Shown here in pieces: positions 29,698-31,600 of a stretch of 31,600 nucleotides of DNA; positions within the stretch are counted from its first letter, which is position 1; each line of letters opens with the position of its first letter. The stretch covers positions 1 through 31,600 of the IMG/VR virus record IMGVR_UViG_3300020282_000011, one strand, 5' to 3'. A program made the position numbers and the translations under genes. The stretch is from a virus. Taxonomy: Duplodnaviria; Caudoviricetes. The notes under the pieces were generated by a model. It ran no database searches, was not told where the DNA came from, and saw nothing but the letters and a program-made list of their open reading frames with translations.

Positions 29698-30145
29698 AAA
29701 TTACTCCATAATCATCTTCTAAGACCTCTTTGAGATAATTTTCATCCCAATAGTCATAATAATTGGTTTTTGCAAGTTTTTTTCTTGCTTCAGTAAGTTC
29801 TTTTCGTGGTTGACAAAGAACTAAGTTATATTTTCCGTTACTTGTTTGGATTCCTTGTATATATGTCTTCGTTTTTCCATGATCTGCAATAAATTTGTAG
29901 TCAGGATAGTTACGATTATAGTCATCAACTGCATCATATAAGAAATTTGCACTTATATCATCTTCCACCACGTAAATTATAACATCAAAATCATCTCTTG
30001 GCACGATTTGAGACAATTTTTCATCTACAATCTTAAAATTTGCCTTTGATGCATAGGGACATATTGCAAAATTACCTAATTCTGGTCTAATTTTTGATAA
30101 TTGACCAATCCAATGTAAAATATATCTACTTTTCTTGTCTCTCAT
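29690..30145 (-). CDS. Hypothetical protein, DUF1415-like (W...CPYA motif)
   Basis: The likely start is MRDKK at 30145, because the ORF-track start at 30178 overlaps the upstream gene more heavily. WI..LS...LGNFAICPYA resembles the DUF1415 W...LCPFA motif, and the C-terminal region has AR.KL....YY..W. Confidence 0.55.
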   Translation of the reverse strand: MRDKKSRYILHWIGQLSKIRPELGNFAICPYASKANFKIVDEKLSQIVPRDDFDVIIYVVEDDISANFLYDAVDDYNRNYPDYKFIADHGKTKTYIQGIQTSNGKYNLVLCQPRKELTEARKKLAKTNYYDYWDENYLKEVLEDDYGVIYD

Positions 30146-30782
30146 CAGGTGTTGTCCAAAAATAATCATCACAATCACCTAATCGACCCCAGTTTACATC
30201 ATTCTCAACCTCAAATATACGTGTCGAGACCTTAAAATCAGGTGTTTTAACTGGATCAGGTGTCATTGAGGTGTCATAAATCCGACAACGATTGTTTGGA
30301 TAGAGACAATACTGTCCATTTCGCAATTCAATTAGATTAAATGACTTATGTTCATCGGGCATCTCACTTGTTGATGGGTCAATCTGGTCAAAATCACCAT
30401 GATAGTTGTCTAAAGTACAAATATACTGTCCTTTTTGATTCCCAAAATGTCTTGTACGACATTCCCACTCCATCGGAGCAACAAATTGCTTGACAATCAC
30501 TGTAAAATCATAGTCCATACAATTCCAGAACTGTAAATTGACTAAATCCATGTCTGGATCAGGTGTGTTTGGTGACGAGAGAAACGCTGAAATTGGAAGT
30601 TTATCATACATCGCTCCATATTCAGGCAAATATGTCTCAAAATAGAAGGCACGACCTTGTATTGACTTGGCACATACCCAGATTCCTTCAATAAACTCTC
30701 CATGACCTGATTGAAAGTCAGTTAGATACTCTTTTCGTACCCATACTTTTTTTGTTGGTAGGTTTGCAATTAATTTTGACAT
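30126..30782 (-). CDS. Conserved T4-like cyanophage hypothetical protein
   Basis: 218 aa with LIANLP..KVWVRKEYL.D...GHGEF, YDKLPISAF, LQFWNC, EHKS and YPNNR. I recognise it as a widespread marine myovirus protein of unknown function. Confidence 0.75.
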   Translation of the reverse strand: MSKLIANLPTKKVWVRKEYLTDFQSGHGEFIEGIWVCAKSIQGRAFYFETYLPEYGAMYDKLPISAFLSSPNTPDPDMDLVNLQFWNCMDYDFTVIVKQFVAPMEWECRTRHFGNQKGQYICTLDNYHGDFDQIDPSTSEMPDEHKSFNLIELRNGQYCLYPNNRCRIYDTSMTPDPVKTPDFKVSTRIFEVENDVNWGRLGDCDDYFWTTPDERQEK

Positions 30783-31210
30783 GTTTCAAAGAAGTTAGAA
30801 ATCTCGTATCCCTGTAGTTTTGATTTATAATCGGATGATTCTCCAAGATAAAAGTAATCATATCCCAATCTCTTATATAATGCTATCTCATTCTTGTTGG
30901 CAACGTGCCCTAAACTCAGTTTTTTATTCTTATAATTCCATGCAAACTGATCCGCCCATACACTATTTACGCTCTTAAATTTATAAGCAAGAGTAAAGGC
31001 AGAGAGTTCATTTCCATCATAATATCCAATCACATCAGTATGTGGTAGTTCAAACTCTTCACGAAATATCGGAACAGTTCCCTTAAATTTCTTATAAGCA
31101 AGATAATCTTTATATACTTCTAAACATCTCTCAAAGGAAGAACTACCAAGAATACGATAGTTATGGTACTCTTGATAGTTTGTGTCCTTCAATCGGATTC
31201 GACAATACAT
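30770..31210 (-). CDS. ATE_C-like (arginyl/leucyl-tRNA-protein transferase C-terminal, GNAT fold) protein
   Basis: 146 aa. VYKDY, YYDGNEL.AF and LSLG......EI...K.LGY.YFYLG....YK......E follow the ATE1/Bpt C-terminal pattern SLG....L.EI..A...G..Y.YLGY......M.YK..F.P.E. Confidence 0.6.
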   Translation of the reverse strand: MYCRIRLKDTNYQEYHNYRILGSSSFERCLEVYKDYLAYKKFKGTVPIFREEFELPHTDVIGYYDGNELSAFTLAYKFKSVNSVWADQFAWNYKNKKLSLGHVANKNEIALYKRLGYDYFYLGESSDYKSKLQGYEISNFFETCQN

Positions 31211-31353
31211 TATCGTCCTTGACCTCTGTATCTCTTGCGAGCCGAGTTACGAGAGGTTGCTGAATATTTTGAGTGTTTTCCTCTTCCTTGTCGAGATTTT
31301 TTAGGTCGAGCATCACGATTGTAAGACGCTCCACTTAACATTCCCTTTGCCAT
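31210..31353 (-). CDS. Small very basic protein (47 aa, not in the ORF track)
   Basis: Hand translation MAKGMLSGASYNRDARPKKSRQGRGKHSKYSATSRNSARKRYRGQGR*. It has a strong Shine-Dalgarno and a TAATG overlap with the next gene. Confidence 0.85.
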   Translation of the reverse strand: MAKGMLSGASYNRDARPKKSRQGRGKHSKYSATSRNSARKRYRGQGR

Positions 31354-31515
31354 TTAGTTTTCCTCCTTTATAGGTTCATAAGTAATTTGTTCACTAATCT
31401 TTTCACCAGTGACATATTGTTCAACTGCGAAATCTTCAAGACGGTCAAGTAATTCATTCTCTGATAAGTCCCAGAAAATGATTTCACCGTTACGTAGAAG
31501 GTTATAACGTGTCAT
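31354..31515 (-). CDS. Small acidic hypothetical protein (53 aa, not in the ORF track)
   Basis: Hand translation MTRYNLLRNGEIIFWDLSENELLDRLEDFAVEQYVTGEKISEQITYEPIKEEN*. It abuts the next ATG and has an ATGA overlap with the upstream ORF. Confidence 0.75.
   Translation of the reverse strand: MTRYNLLRNGEIIFWDLSENELLDRLEDFAVEQYVTGEKISEQITYEPIKEEN
31362..31368 (-). promoter_or_regulatory. Shine-Dalgarno AAGGAGG for the 47-aa basic protein
   Basis: The plus strand reads cctcctt, with an 8-nt spacer to the ATG at 31353. Confidence 0.75.
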
Positions 31516-31600
31516 TTGAGTCTGTCGATAAGTTCTGATTCATCGATTGCTTCTCTTATAATTCTCTTCAGTTGTTTGCCTTTCTTTCCAAAACCAACTG
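31512..31600 (-). CDS. 3' end of a hypothetical protein entering from the right edge
   Basis: Open frame ...VGFGKKGKQLKRIIREAIDESELIDRLK*, whose TGA overlaps the ATG at 31515. Confidence 0.55.
   Translation of the reverse strand, partial: VGFGKKGKQLKRIIREAIDESELIDRLK

Noticed and set aside
30146-30178. ORF-track start at 30178 for the DUF1415-like gene
   Set aside because: It gives a 53-nt overlap with the upstream gene, so the ATG at 30145 is more plausible.

Overview
AT-rich window from a T4-like marine myovirus, most consistent with a P-SSM2/S-SM2-type cyanophage. The low GC would fit a Prochlorococcus host, but that is inference. All credible genes are on the minus strand and are tightly packed. 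In transcription order (right to left) they are: three small ORFs, an ATE_C-like (aminoacyl-tRNA-protein transferase-like) GNAT protein, a conserved hypothetical protein, a DUF1415-like protein, a tandem pair of S-adenosylmethionine decarboxylase (SpeD) homologs, and then the late structural module gp25, gp6, a giant gp7-like protein (4455 aa), gp8, VrlC/DUF4815, an internal-protein-like basic ORF, small ORFs, a fiber protein, gp13 and partial gp14. Three perfect T4-type late promoters (TATAAATA) lie in intergenic gaps. The most notable feature is the SpeD pair. One copy is catalytically intact (ESH). The other is a full-length, gap-free paralog (53/118 identical by my hand alignment) that has lost the pyruvoyl-forming Ser and neighbouring active-site residues and is translationally coupled to the intact copy, which makes it a candidate phage 'prozyme'-like pseudoenzyme. 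Family assignments come from motif recognition only; no searches were run.
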